From positions 5,961,266-6,016,000 of the forward strand of contig NC_059441.1 of the NCBI RefSeq assembly GCF_021028975.2: a stretch of 54,735 nucleotides of DNA. Direction: 5' to 3'. Positions 1 through 10,604 of the stretch are shown in pieces. Source of the DNA: Sphaerodactylus townsendi (Eukaryota). The position numbers and the translations under genes are program-made. The notes beneath the pieces were generated by a model, which was given only the letters and a program-made list of their open reading frames with translations, did no database searches and had not been told where the DNA came from. Each line of letters begins with the position of its first letter. Position 1 is the first letter of the stretch.

Positions 1-16
1 GGGATCTTTTCTGCAG

Positions 17-3000
17 ACGGGGAACTGTACACCGGGACAGTGAGCAACTTCCAAGGCAACGAGCCGACCATTTCCCGGAGCCACAGTAGCCGCGTGGCCA
101 TCAAGACCGAGAACTCCCTCAGCTGGCTGCAAGGTGAGTGCCGGAAAGGAGGGCGGGGCGGGGGGGCAGCAGCCGCAGGAGAGCAGCCTGGAGCAGGAGG
201 GGGGGTACTCGGCTAGGAGGCCCGCTCGGTGGAGGGTCTGATCCGGCTCTTCCACTGACACACTCTTGGCTCCCGTGTCAATGAGGGAAGCCAGTGTTGT
301 TGTGGACGGGGCTGTTGGCACCTGAAGGAGGCCGGTCCTCACCTGCCTGTCTTTGGTGTGGCTGCGGCACAGACCCTTCGTTTGCGGGTTCCGCGTTCCT
401 CCGCGAGAGTCTCCCGCCCAGCGATTCCCAGGAGGACGACGACGACGACAAGATCTACTTCTTCTTCAGTGAGAGCGGCAAAGAATTTGACTTCTTCGAG
501 GACACGATTGTGTCACGCATCGCACGCGTGTGCAAGGTGAGGGGCGTGTGTGCTGATGGCCAGCAGGCGCTTTGGAGCTGGGCTCTGGTGGGGAGGGGGC
601 TTCTCTTTGGGGGGCCGGGCAGCGGGCCAAGTATTCAGGAACCCGAAGCTGTTGGTGAGGTGGAAACCAAAATGGAGGAGTTGGAGAGGATGCGGCAGCA
701 GAGGTCCGGTGTGAGTAACTCAGGCGCGTCTGGCCTTGGGTTTGAAGTGGATCCACGAGGATATTTCTGTGTGCAGCAGCAGCAGCAGCAGCAGCGAAAA
801 ACAGGCGAAGCTGTGCTTGGGAAAGGTCTTGAAACCCAAACTGCCCGGATGGCAGCATTCTCGTACAGCTTCAGAGCAGCCTCCTGGGGAATTGTGCGTA
901 CAGTTTAGCTTGCTGTATCCCCAAAAACTCCATACGAGTTTTAAGAAAGGTGTAGGACAGAGCAACCCGCGGCTCTTTCAGCCTTATACTGCAGCTCCGG
1001 TGGCCTGGAGGTCAGAGGGTAGCATAGGCGTGTCCCTCCAGGAAAGGTGAGTGGAGGGGCCAAACTGGAGGCAGCTCCACACGGAGCCACCTCTCCGGCT
1101 CAGTAGATCTTTGGGGCCATGGGAAATGGGTCCAAATGGCTCTTTGGGTGGTAAAAGTTGCTGACCCCTGGTGTAGGACAACCACAAGGGATCGGAGCGC
1201 TTTCCTTGTGAGGAGGGGCCATGAATCAGGCATTTCAGTTCAGGGGGGAAAACAGTAAAGGAGCAGGAATGTGAGAGGTGCACGAAGTTATCCCTGACGC
1301 GGAGGGGACGGATGGTGAGAACGAACGGTTTCTCCCCCTCACATAAAAGTCAGACTAACAGACATCCAGTGAAGTTGATGGCCAGAAAGTGACAGTAAAA
1401 AAGCCCTTCTCCTTTCAAAGTGGGATTTGCTATCAGAGGATGCAGCCGTGGCCCCACGTGGCCCTTCAGAGGGGGACACGCAGGACAGGTCTAGCTGAGG
1501 CTGCTGGCTGAAAGGACTCGGTGAGCCTAGTACATGCAGAGGCAATATGACAGAGAGAAATTTTGCTCTCTTTCTCACAATACTAGAACCAGGGGGCATC
1601 CATTGAAAATGCTGGGGGGAAGAATTAGGACTAATAAAAGGAAACACTTCTTCACGCAACGTGTGATTGGTGTTTGGAATATGCTGCCACAGGAGGTGGT
1701 GATGGCCACTAACCTGGAGAGCTTTAAAAGGGGCTTGGACAGATTTATGGAGGAGAAGTCGATCTCTGGCTACCAATCTTGATCCTCCTTGATCTGAGGT
1801 TACAAATGCCTTAGCAGTCCAGGTGCCCGGGAGCAGCAGCCGCAGAAGGCCGTTGCTTTCACCTCCTGCATGTGAGCTCCCGAAGGCACCTGGTGGGCCA
1901 CTGCGAGTAGCAGAGAGCTGGACTAGGTAGACTCTGGTCTGATCCAGCTGGCTTGTTCTTATGTTCTTATGTCAGCCAACAGAAGACCCTCTGTGCCCTG
2001 CTGGAGGGTCTTCCAGACGGACCATTTATCTGCAGCTCCCCCAAGTGTGCAGCTCTGAGTGAGCTGCTTCCACCCCCAGCAGATGCCTGCCCTTGTGGGG
2101 AGGGTGCTCCTTGGATGTGGGGTGGTGGTGAATGTCCAGCTGCCGGCTTGGGCCATCTCACTAGGACTGGCCTCCCTGCCTCTCTGCAGGGTCTGGGGCA
2201 CAGACCCTCTTCTCAGAGGTCAGAGGGAACTTCCTCCGGTTCTCCACCAGGGTCTGGCCACTGAGGAGAGCTCTTGGCTGAGGTGCTCGAGTGTGGAGCT
2301 CTGACGGGAACTTGTCCCCACCTTAGTTCCGATTTTACAAAAACCGCTCTTCGTTGCTGAACTGTGAGGTCGGAAGAGCTCTTATTGGGGTCCCACCGGG
2401 GCTCATTCTTTCCCGGTGATCCTGGGGGGGTCTCATGGGCTGTTCTTGCTCTGTCCCCCTTCCTGCCAGGGCGATGTCGGAGGCGAGCGGGTGCTCCAGA
2501 GGCGCTGGACAACCTTCCTGAAGGCGCAGCTGCTGTGCTCACGCCCCAGAGATGGCTTCCCCTTCAACGTGCTGCAGGATGTGTTTACGTTGACTCCTGG
2601 CGAGCGCTGGCTGGAAACCGTCTTCTACGGGGTTTTCTCCTCTCAGTGGTGAGCTTCAGCAGGAAACAGTGGTGGAGGGCCAGCCGTGGGATGGCGGGAG
2701 AGGCTGAGACACGCAGGCATTGTGGCGCCACACACACTGGGGCAACGGCTCCCAGTGGGCGGGTTTCGCCACGAGGGAAATCTGGGGCTCCGTTCTGTGT
2801 GCGGGCACCTGATCGCTCCCTGTGGGCCTCTGTTCCTCTCTGCCAGGGATAGGAAGGGCAGCGTGGGCACCGCAGTGTGTGCCTTCTCCATGGCTGATGT
2901 GAAGGAAGCCTTCAATGGCCTCTACAAGGAAATCAGCCGAGAGACGCAGCAGTGGTACACGGACACCCACCCTGTGCCGGAGCCTCGGCCTGGAGCGGTA

Positions 3001-6000
3001 CGTAGCTCTGGCAGGCACCAGGCCTCGGGGCAGCTCTTGCTGCTGCTTTGCGCCCCTGGCTTGCCGGTTGCGCGGCTGTCTGAGACCCTCATCCTCTTCA
3101 TCCCCCCCCACCCCCCCCACCCCACAGTGCATCACCAGCCGCGCACGCCACATGAAGATCACCTCTTCGCTCCAGATGCCCGACCGGGTGCTCAACTACC
3201 TGAAAGACCACTTCTTGATGGACAGCGCCGTTCGCAGCCAGCCGCTCCTGCTGCAAGGCCAGGCTCACTACCAGCAGATCAGCGCGCAGCGTGTCCAGGG
3301 CCTGCACCGCACCTACGATGTCCTCTTCCTGGGTGCAGGTGGGGCGCAAGAGTAGGAGAAGGGTCTTGGGGTTAGGATGACAAGGCCCTGGGGCGGGAGG
3401 GGTCTGGGAGAGGGGTCTTGCCACTGAAATGGCCACACAAACCCTGCGCAGAAGTCTCCCGAGAACTTGCTCCAAGGGCAGGCCGAGGTTCTGCCAGGAA
3501 CTGCCAGGGTCAGGGACTTCCCGAGAAGTGGCCGAGGAGCTCTTCCCCACCTGACGGGCAGTGCTGGACTCCTGGTGCTGTGTGGCACGGCCGAGGGCCC
3601 AGGCTCGCTCTGAGGCAGCTCCAGTTAGCAGAGCTGTTGGGAAAGCCTCAGCCTCCTCATATGCAGTGGTGGGATCCAAAAATTTTAGTAACAGGTTCCC
3701 ATGGTGGTGGGATTCAAACTGTGGGGTAGCGCCAATGGGGCTGGGCAGGGCACGATGGGGGCGTGGCCGGGCATTCCTGGGGCATGGCATTCCTGGGCGG
3801 GGCTGTGGCAAGGACGCAGCCGCTGCGCTGGTCCTTGGGTGGGAAACGAATGCACGCAGGCACAGGCTGCCACGCACGCCGGTGCACCTCCTGCTAGGCT
3901 GCTTCAAGTTCTGTGCGCTACTGCTGAGAGGAGGGGCGTAACTAAGGCAAAAATCATGTGGCAAAATCACCCATTAGTAACCCCCTCTCGGCACACACCA
4001 ATAATTAGTAACCTACTCTCAGGAAACTGTGAGAACCTGCTGGATCCCACCTCTGCTCATATGGCATACGATGGCTGCCAGTCAGAGGAGAGGCTGCCGG
4101 GCGGGAGGGACCAGGGGTCTGGGCTGCTCAGCAGCAGTTCTAGGGGCCCCTCAGCCCCACGCACACTTTCTGGGGGCTATGGGCTTGCAATTATTTCAAT
4201 CAGTCCTTTTGTTTTGGTGCCTTCATTCTGAGAGCTGCCCTGTGAGACCATAATAGAAAAGGATGAACATCGGAGGGAGCTTTTCTGGAGCAAGCCAGGT
4301 TACGGCTGGAGTTGCCAATCAAACGTCCCTCGTTGCAGTCAGCAAATGAAAATATTGCGGTGACCCCCTGGCCCAAAGGAGGTCCAGGCAAGGGGGCTCT
4401 CCATCCTAGCCCCAGACTGGGGGAAAATTCTGTTTGGCGAGACCCGGCCCCTGTGGGACTTACTCCACAGGGCCTGTGAGATGAGATGGTTCCATCAGGC
4501 ATAAGGTTGAAGCAGCTGCCGTTTCCCATCTGTTGGACTCTCTCTTTCCCACTTACCTTGACTTCCCTCGAACATAAGAATGAGCCTGCTGGATGAGACC
4601 AGAGCTCTCTGCTACTCACAGTGGCCTACCAGGTGCCTTTGGGAGCTCACATGCAGGAGGTGAAAGCAAGGGCCTGCTGCTGCTGCTGCTGCTGCTGCTC
4701 CTGAGCACCTGGTCTGCTAAGGCATTTGCAACCTCAGATCAAGGAGGATCAAGATTGGTAGCCATAGATCGACTTCTCCATAAATCTGTCCAAGCCCTTT
4801 TTAAAGCTATAAAGGTTAGTGGCCATCACCACCTCCTGGGGCAGCATATTCCAAACACCAATCATGCGTTGCGTGAAGAAGTGTTTCCTTTTATTAGTGC
4901 TAATTCTTCCCCCCAGCATTTTCAATGGATGCCCCCTGGTTCTAGTATTGTGAGAAAGAGAGAAAAATTTCTCTCTGTCAACATTTTCTACCCCATGCAT
5001 AGTTTTATAGACTTCAATTCTATCCCCCCTCAGCCGTCTCCTCTCCAAACTAAAGAGTCCCAAACGCTGCAGCCTCTCCTCATAAGGAAGGTGCTCCAAT
5101 CCTTCAATCATCCTCGTTGCCCTTCTCTGCACTTTTTCTATCTCTTCGATACCCTTTTTGAGATGTGGCGACCAGAACTGAACACAGGACTCCAAGTGTG
5201 GTCGCACCACAGCTTTATATAAGGGCATGACAATCTTTGCAGTTTTATGATCAATTCCTTTCCTAATTATCCCCAGCATAGAACATTTTAGTTAATATGA
5301 TTTTGTCATCACATGACATGATTTAGATTATGTTTTGAACCATTTTGTATTACTGTATTTATAAATTGTTGTGAGCCGCCCTGAGCTCACAAGGGAAAGG
5401 ATGGCAGATAAAACTAAATAACAACAACAACAACCGGACCCTGGGCACCATCCCAAAAACGCTCAGGCAGCACTTGAAACATTTTCAAATTGACAAAATC
5501 AACCTGTGAGATTCAGAAGGCAGCCCTGCTGGGATCCGCACGAATACTGTGCCGATACGTTACACCACCCTGAGCCTCTGGCTTGGACTTTTTCCTGCTC
5601 ACTCAGTTCACATTTTCACTGAGCTTTCCAGTACTACAACCCCGAGGTCTCTCTGTTTGCTTGCACTTAGTCCAAACCTCCTTAGCAGGATTTTTGTCCC
5701 ACTGTGCATCCCTGGGCCTCACCCTCGCCTGCTGGCTCTTCGTGGGCATTGCAGGAGAGCCAGTGGATTAGGACTCATGGAAAGTGGCAAATGGGCTCTT
5801 AATCCTGAACCAAAAAAAACGCGAAAAGGAAACCTTGCTGGTAAAAGGCGGCAGCAGCAGCAGCAGCAGCAGCAGCACACACACACAGACACGGTGCCTC
5901 ATGAGACGGTCTCTTTCGTTTGGTTTCAGCGGTGCCAGGTCCTTTGCATGTGTACTTGGGAGCAGGTCCGTGCACGTTCAAGTGACTCAGAGGAACACCC

Positions 6001-9000
6001 TGTTCAGCTTGTGTTCGACCTGCAAAGCGATTTGCTTCGACTTGCTTAACCTGCTGCTCTCATTTGTTTCCAAATTTTGTTCTTCTGCATTGTTGAGTTC
6101 AGTCAAAGGTTCACTTGCTGTCGGGGGACGTTTTAGTTGGTTGTACAATGAGATCCTGCCAATACTGTCAGAAAGCAGCAGACAATTGCAGGGGCTGCCG
6201 GCCTGCCCGGAAGAGGTCCCCGTTGGTAGTCTGAGCTCCTACGCCTCTAGCGTTCTGCTACTTCCTGGTTTCAGGGGACAGAAGTATTGGCTCAGGTTCT
6301 CTCCCCCTTTCTGCTTCTGGGGGCAGAGGGTGTGGCAGGGTGGGGCGTGCAGAGTTGTGCTGCTGGCAGGATGAGGAGCCGTGGGTGGCGGAGTCACGGC
6401 AAATCTTGCACCAGAGAGGTCCAGGGTCACCCCGGCACAAAGTTCAGCAGGTCCCCTTCGGCCAGTCCCACACTCAAAGCCCAGCCTGCTGTTGTGGGGA
6501 TAAAGTGGAGGGTGGAGAATCCTCGCTGCTGCCACAGAGAACCCCGTGGCTGAATTCCTTGGAGGATGACGAAATGGGAACTGGCTGCTAGCTGTGAAAG
6601 CAGGGCCTCTCTCGGTGCGTGTGCACACGTGCGCTTACCTTTTGAACAAATGCGCTGCGTTACTCAGAAGCAGGATCGTGCCTCCTTTGTACTGGTGCCG
6701 GAGGAGGTCTCGCTTTGCTGCACTGACCTTTGAGGAAACAGCTGCCTGGCTTCAGGCTGGGAAAGAGCCAAGGTGGGGGAGCCAGGCTGGGCCAATCCGG
6801 TACAGTGGGGGAGGGCTCTTCAGCAGCTTCCCATGTGTTTTGCAGGTGATGGACGGCTCCACAAGGCTGTGGCGATGGGCCAGCAGGCGCACATCATCGA
6901 GGAGATCCAACTCTTCCCCGTGGGGCAGCCTGTCCTCAAGCTGTTGCTGGACCCCACCCAGGCAAGGCAGGGGGTGAGGCCGGGGGGGGGGGGGGGCTCA
7001 TGCCAAGGCCAGAACTGGCCCCTGCTGGAGGGAAGACTAGAGGAAAAAACCGGGCATACATACAATGCCAATGAAAGCAACAGGTTGGCCAGACCCCAAG
7101 AAAACACTGCCCAGTGCAAGGAACAAGTGCAAAACAATAATTCGCAATAACAATATTCCTGGGTTACAGACAATAATAAGAGTCAATATCCTTATAGCTT
7201 TGCAACGTACAGTCCGCTTCACCACATGTAGACTACATGTGATTGAATGAAATAATAAAGACGTCTGGATATAGCCGGTTGACACAGAATAATACCATTT
7301 AGTTCCAGCATTCTTACATTTACCTGTATATTTGTACGTTGTAAAGCTTACCCACACCAACCTGTTGCTTTCATTGGGAGGGAAGGCTAGCCCAGGTGGT
7401 AAACAGGGAGCAGCAGTGGCATAGTGGCTAAGAGCAGGTGAACTCTGATCTGGAGGAACTGGGTTTGATTCCCAGCTCTGCCGCTTGAGTTGTGGAGACT
7501 TATCTGAGGAATTCAGATTAGTCTGTGCACTCCCACACACACCAGCTGGGTGACCTTGGGCTAGTCACATCTTCTTGGAGCTCTCTCAGCCCCACCTACC
7601 TCACAGGGTGTTTGTTGTGAGGGGGAAGGGCAAGGAGATTGTCAGCCCCTTTGAGTCTCCTACAGGAGAGAAAGGGGGGACATAAATCCAAACTCTTCTT
7701 CTTCTTCTAAAGCATTTGCCTCCCACAGCCTCTGAGGTGGGGGCAGGGAAGGGCTGCCAGGCTCCAATTTCTTCCTGGGACTGGACTCGGCCTCAGGTCT
7801 GCGCTGAGCGGCTTCTGCTGCCTGGCAGAGGGAGGGCTGCCTTTGGCCGCAGCGGCCCCCCTGCTCCACTCAGCCAGCCTCTCCACCCCTGCAGGGCCTG
7901 CTCTACGCTGCCTCCTATTCTGCACTGGCACAGTTGCCGGTTGCCAACTGCAGCCGCTACCGGAGCTGCGGGGAATGCATCCTGGCTCGGGACCCCTACT
8001 GCGCGTGGAGCGGAGAAGCCTGCCGGCCTGTGCCTCTTTACCAGCAGCAGCCTGCGGCGTAAGTGCTTTTTGGGGGGGAGGGGGAGGTTGCCTGTGGTGC
8101 TGGTTGCCCCCCCCCCCTCCAGATCTGAGCTTGCTCTGTGGTTTTCCTTCCTCGCAGGCCCTGGGCCCAGGATATCGAGACAGCTGCTGCAGAGCAACTT
8201 TGCCAGACCGGACACGAAGAGCTCAGCCAATCAACAGGTACAGAGCTGAGGGGGGAGGGGAGCAACAACCTTGGGGGGGGGAGGCTCAGAGAAAAGGGGG
8301 GCATTCCCCCCTTGCTGGCAGAGGGCCAAGACTTGCTGTCTCCTGCTTTCACCCACCTTTCCCCCCCCCTCAGCTGCGAAGTGCCAGCCTCTGTGGCTGA
8401 CCCCCAACGCGGTGAAGCTGCTCCCGTGCCCCCGCCTCTCCAACCTGGCCTCCCGCCAGTGGGTGCGGGAGGGGGCTGCCCTGAACGACTCCTTCCTGGT
8501 GCTGCCCAAGGGGGAGCTGGTGCTGGTGGGCAGCCCCGACCAGGCCGGCCACTACGAGTGCTGGTCTCAGGAGAGGGGCTTCCGTCAACTGATGGCCAAC
8601 TACTGCGTGAGGGTGGAGCTGGCAGCGCCCGATTGGCTCGTGCCGCCCGAGGGTCCGCTGGAGACCATCAGCACTTCGCGGAGCACCTCTTCCGTGGCGG
8701 CAGCAGCGGGGGGCATCGCGGCCCTGCTGGAGGGCAAGACCTACTGGACGGAGTTCCTGGTCATGTGCGTGCTCTTTGGGCTGATGGTGACGCTCCTGAC
8801 ACTCTTCGTATTGCACCGGCACCAGAACGCCATGAAGGGCTTCCTCAAGCAGGGCAGATGCAACAACGCCCACGCCAAGAAACTGTGCAAAGCAGGGCTG
8901 CCCACGGAAAGCCTGCCCCTCAACGGCACCAGCGCACCCAGCACCTTGCCAGACCACAAGGGCTACCAGACACTCGATGACAGACACGTGGCGAGCACCC

Positions 9001-9152
9001 CTCTGCGGGACGCCCAGGCGCCTCCCGGCATGGCCTTCCTGGAGGCCGACCAGCAGCCACGGAACGTGCACGAAAGCTTCGTGGAAATGCTGGTCCCTTC
9101 GCAGCGGCTCCGCGTGCGCCTCGGCTCAGAGATTCGGGACTCAGTGGTGTGA
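17..9152 (+). CDS. SEMA4B: Semaphorin-4B, 3' part (5'-partial; Sema domain C-half, PSI, Ig-like, TM, cytoplasmic tail)
   Basis: Exons with AG/GT borders: 17-133, 373-536, 2470-2648, 2847-2997, 3128-3338, 6846-6961 (GC donor; alternative GT at 6973), 7895-8058, 8158-8237, 8374-9152. Spliced frame gives [61 protein letters not shown] (PSI), [16 protein letters not shown] and C-terminal EIRDSVV (PDZ-binding), typical of SEMA4B. Confidence 0.95.
1549..1972 (+). mobile_element. CR1 LINE 3' fragment
   Basis: RT C-terminus [36 protein letters not shown] and (TTCTTATG)n tail. Confidence 0.9.
3664..4055. mobile_element. Non-autonomous hAT DNA transposon
   Basis: TIRs CAGTGGTGGGATCC / GGATCCCACCTCTG with a perfect 8-bp TSD CTCATATG (3656-3663, 4056-4063). 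Confidence 0.85.
4571..5280 (-). mobile_element. CR1 LINE 3' fragment
   Basis: ORF 4749-5279 has [23 protein letters not shown]...VQRRATRMI (CR1 RT C-terminus) and the same 3' UTR as the 1549 copy. Confidence 0.92.
7041..7376. mobile_element. Unclassified AT-rich insertion with 21-bp inverted repeat and 14-bp flanking direct repeat
   Basis: IR CCAATGAAAGCAACAGGTTGG (7068-7088 / 7357-7377); flanks GGAGGGAAGACTAG (7027-7040) and GGAGGGAAGGCTAG (7377-7390). Confidence 0.6.
7406..7708 (+). mobile_element. tRNA-derived squamate SINE (Squam3-like)
   Basis: A-box-like GTGGCATAGTGG, B-box-like GGTTTGATTCCC, (CTT)n tail. Near-identical copies elsewhere in the window. Confidence 0.8.
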
Positions 9153-10064
9153 GCAAGCAGTTCTCCCTCGGTGGATCCCTGGGGCTGGATTTCTAGTGCC
9201 AACTGACCCCCACCCCCGCTCTGAACTGAGCCCAGCACTGGAACAAGCCGTGGGAGATGCCCCCCCAGACTGTGGGGCGGCTGGATTCAAGGGCTGCTGC
9301 TGCCGCCACAGGAGGAGAAGGAGATGTACAGTCTGTTGGGTCCCAGCAGCCTCTTTTGCTAAGAGGGGCCGTTGAGGTTGCAAAAGGAATGTTTCTGGGC
9401 TGCACCTGCAGGCTGCAAGAACTCGGAACACCTGCAACCAGCCCCTGCAGCAGCAGCAGCAGCAGGCGACGCAGCCCCTGGCGGCCCCCACCCGGGCACT
9501 GCTGGTAGTGGGAGAAATCTGTCCAGCTGCAGCTATGGAGGCGAGAGAGAGGAGCCGATGCTGAAGGGAAGGCCGGGCATTTGCCCATCTGTTGTTGTAG
9601 AGAACTGGCCCTTCTTTGCGGGCTTGGGGGGGGGAAGTCCGTCTAGCCCTGTCTGATGACTCTCTTTGACCTTCCGGTTGTCTGAATGCCTCAAAATGTG
9701 AATTCTTCCTGGCTGGAGCCACTCCAGGGTCCCGATGCCCCCCCCCCCCTTCCCCTCGTTCTTGCACAAGAAGCTGTCTTTGCTGGGTGTGTTTACATAA
9801 AGCGAATGTGTGTTCTTTGGCAGCTGTGTAGGCCTGGCTTCGTTGGAGCCCAGCCCCTTGTTCATGTACCACGGGGACAGGTCTCTCTCCTTGCTCCTGG
9901 GCCATGTCTGGCCTTGCCCTTGAGGGCAGGGACTATTTCCTGTTTTGACATCTCCTGCCCCGCCCCATTTCTCAGAGAAGGGAAGCTCCACCTCCTGGGC
10001 TGGCTGCAAAGGGAGGCGGGGGGGGGGGCTGCTGTGTTCCTTGGGGTGGAGGGTGGAGACCGAC

Positions 10065-10070
10065 AATAAA
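10065..10070 (+). terminator. Poly(A) signal, SEMA4B
   Basis: First AATAAA seen downstream of the SEMA4B stop. Confidence 0.65.
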
Positions 10071-10103
10071 GACCTCGGCACTCGACAGGCTTTGCTCCTG
10101 AGA

Positions 10104-10109
10104 TTTATT
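10104..10109 (-). terminator. Poly(A) signal, CIB1
   Basis: TTTATT on + (AATAAA on -), about 500 nt downstream of the CIB1 stop. Confidence 0.65.
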
Positions 10110-10604
10110 AGTCTTCCAAGCAAAGGCCAGACAGGGCCATGACTGAGGCTGTAAGGCAGGGGGCAGAGGCAAGCGTCTCCCTCCCTCTCTAATCACAGGT
10201 GTCTCCCCCCCCACCCCCAAACTCCACATTTGCAAACTTCTCCCACTGTGGAATGGAGAGCAGGTAGCACCAAACTGGACAACTGCGGTCAAGGCACAGA
10301 GTGAGTTCCCACGGGGCAACCAGCCCAGGGGGAGGGGGAGACCTCAGTGGGAGGCTGGCTCAAGACCCCTGTGGAATGGCTACCTCAAGGAAGGCAGGTG
10401 TAGCGCCCCCCCCCCAACACTTGCCTTGACTAAGGCACAAAAACTCAGAGCAGGACACAAGAAAAATAGGGAGGGGGTGGAGAGGCAACCCATTGACCTC
10501 CCATCCCGACAGAGCAGGTGCCGACATCTTCCTTGGCTCAACTGGAGTCACACTGGAGAGAAATGGGCCAGGAAGATGAGGAGGAGGAACCTTCGGCAAA
10601 CCCA

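Noticed and set aside
770-800. Poly-Q tracts in ORFs 294-908 and 5549-6049
   Set aside because: Intronic (CAG)n microsatellites outside the spliced SEMA4B exons.
7406-7480. tRNA gene
   Set aside because: A/B-box head of a multi-copy SINE; no complete cloverleaf.
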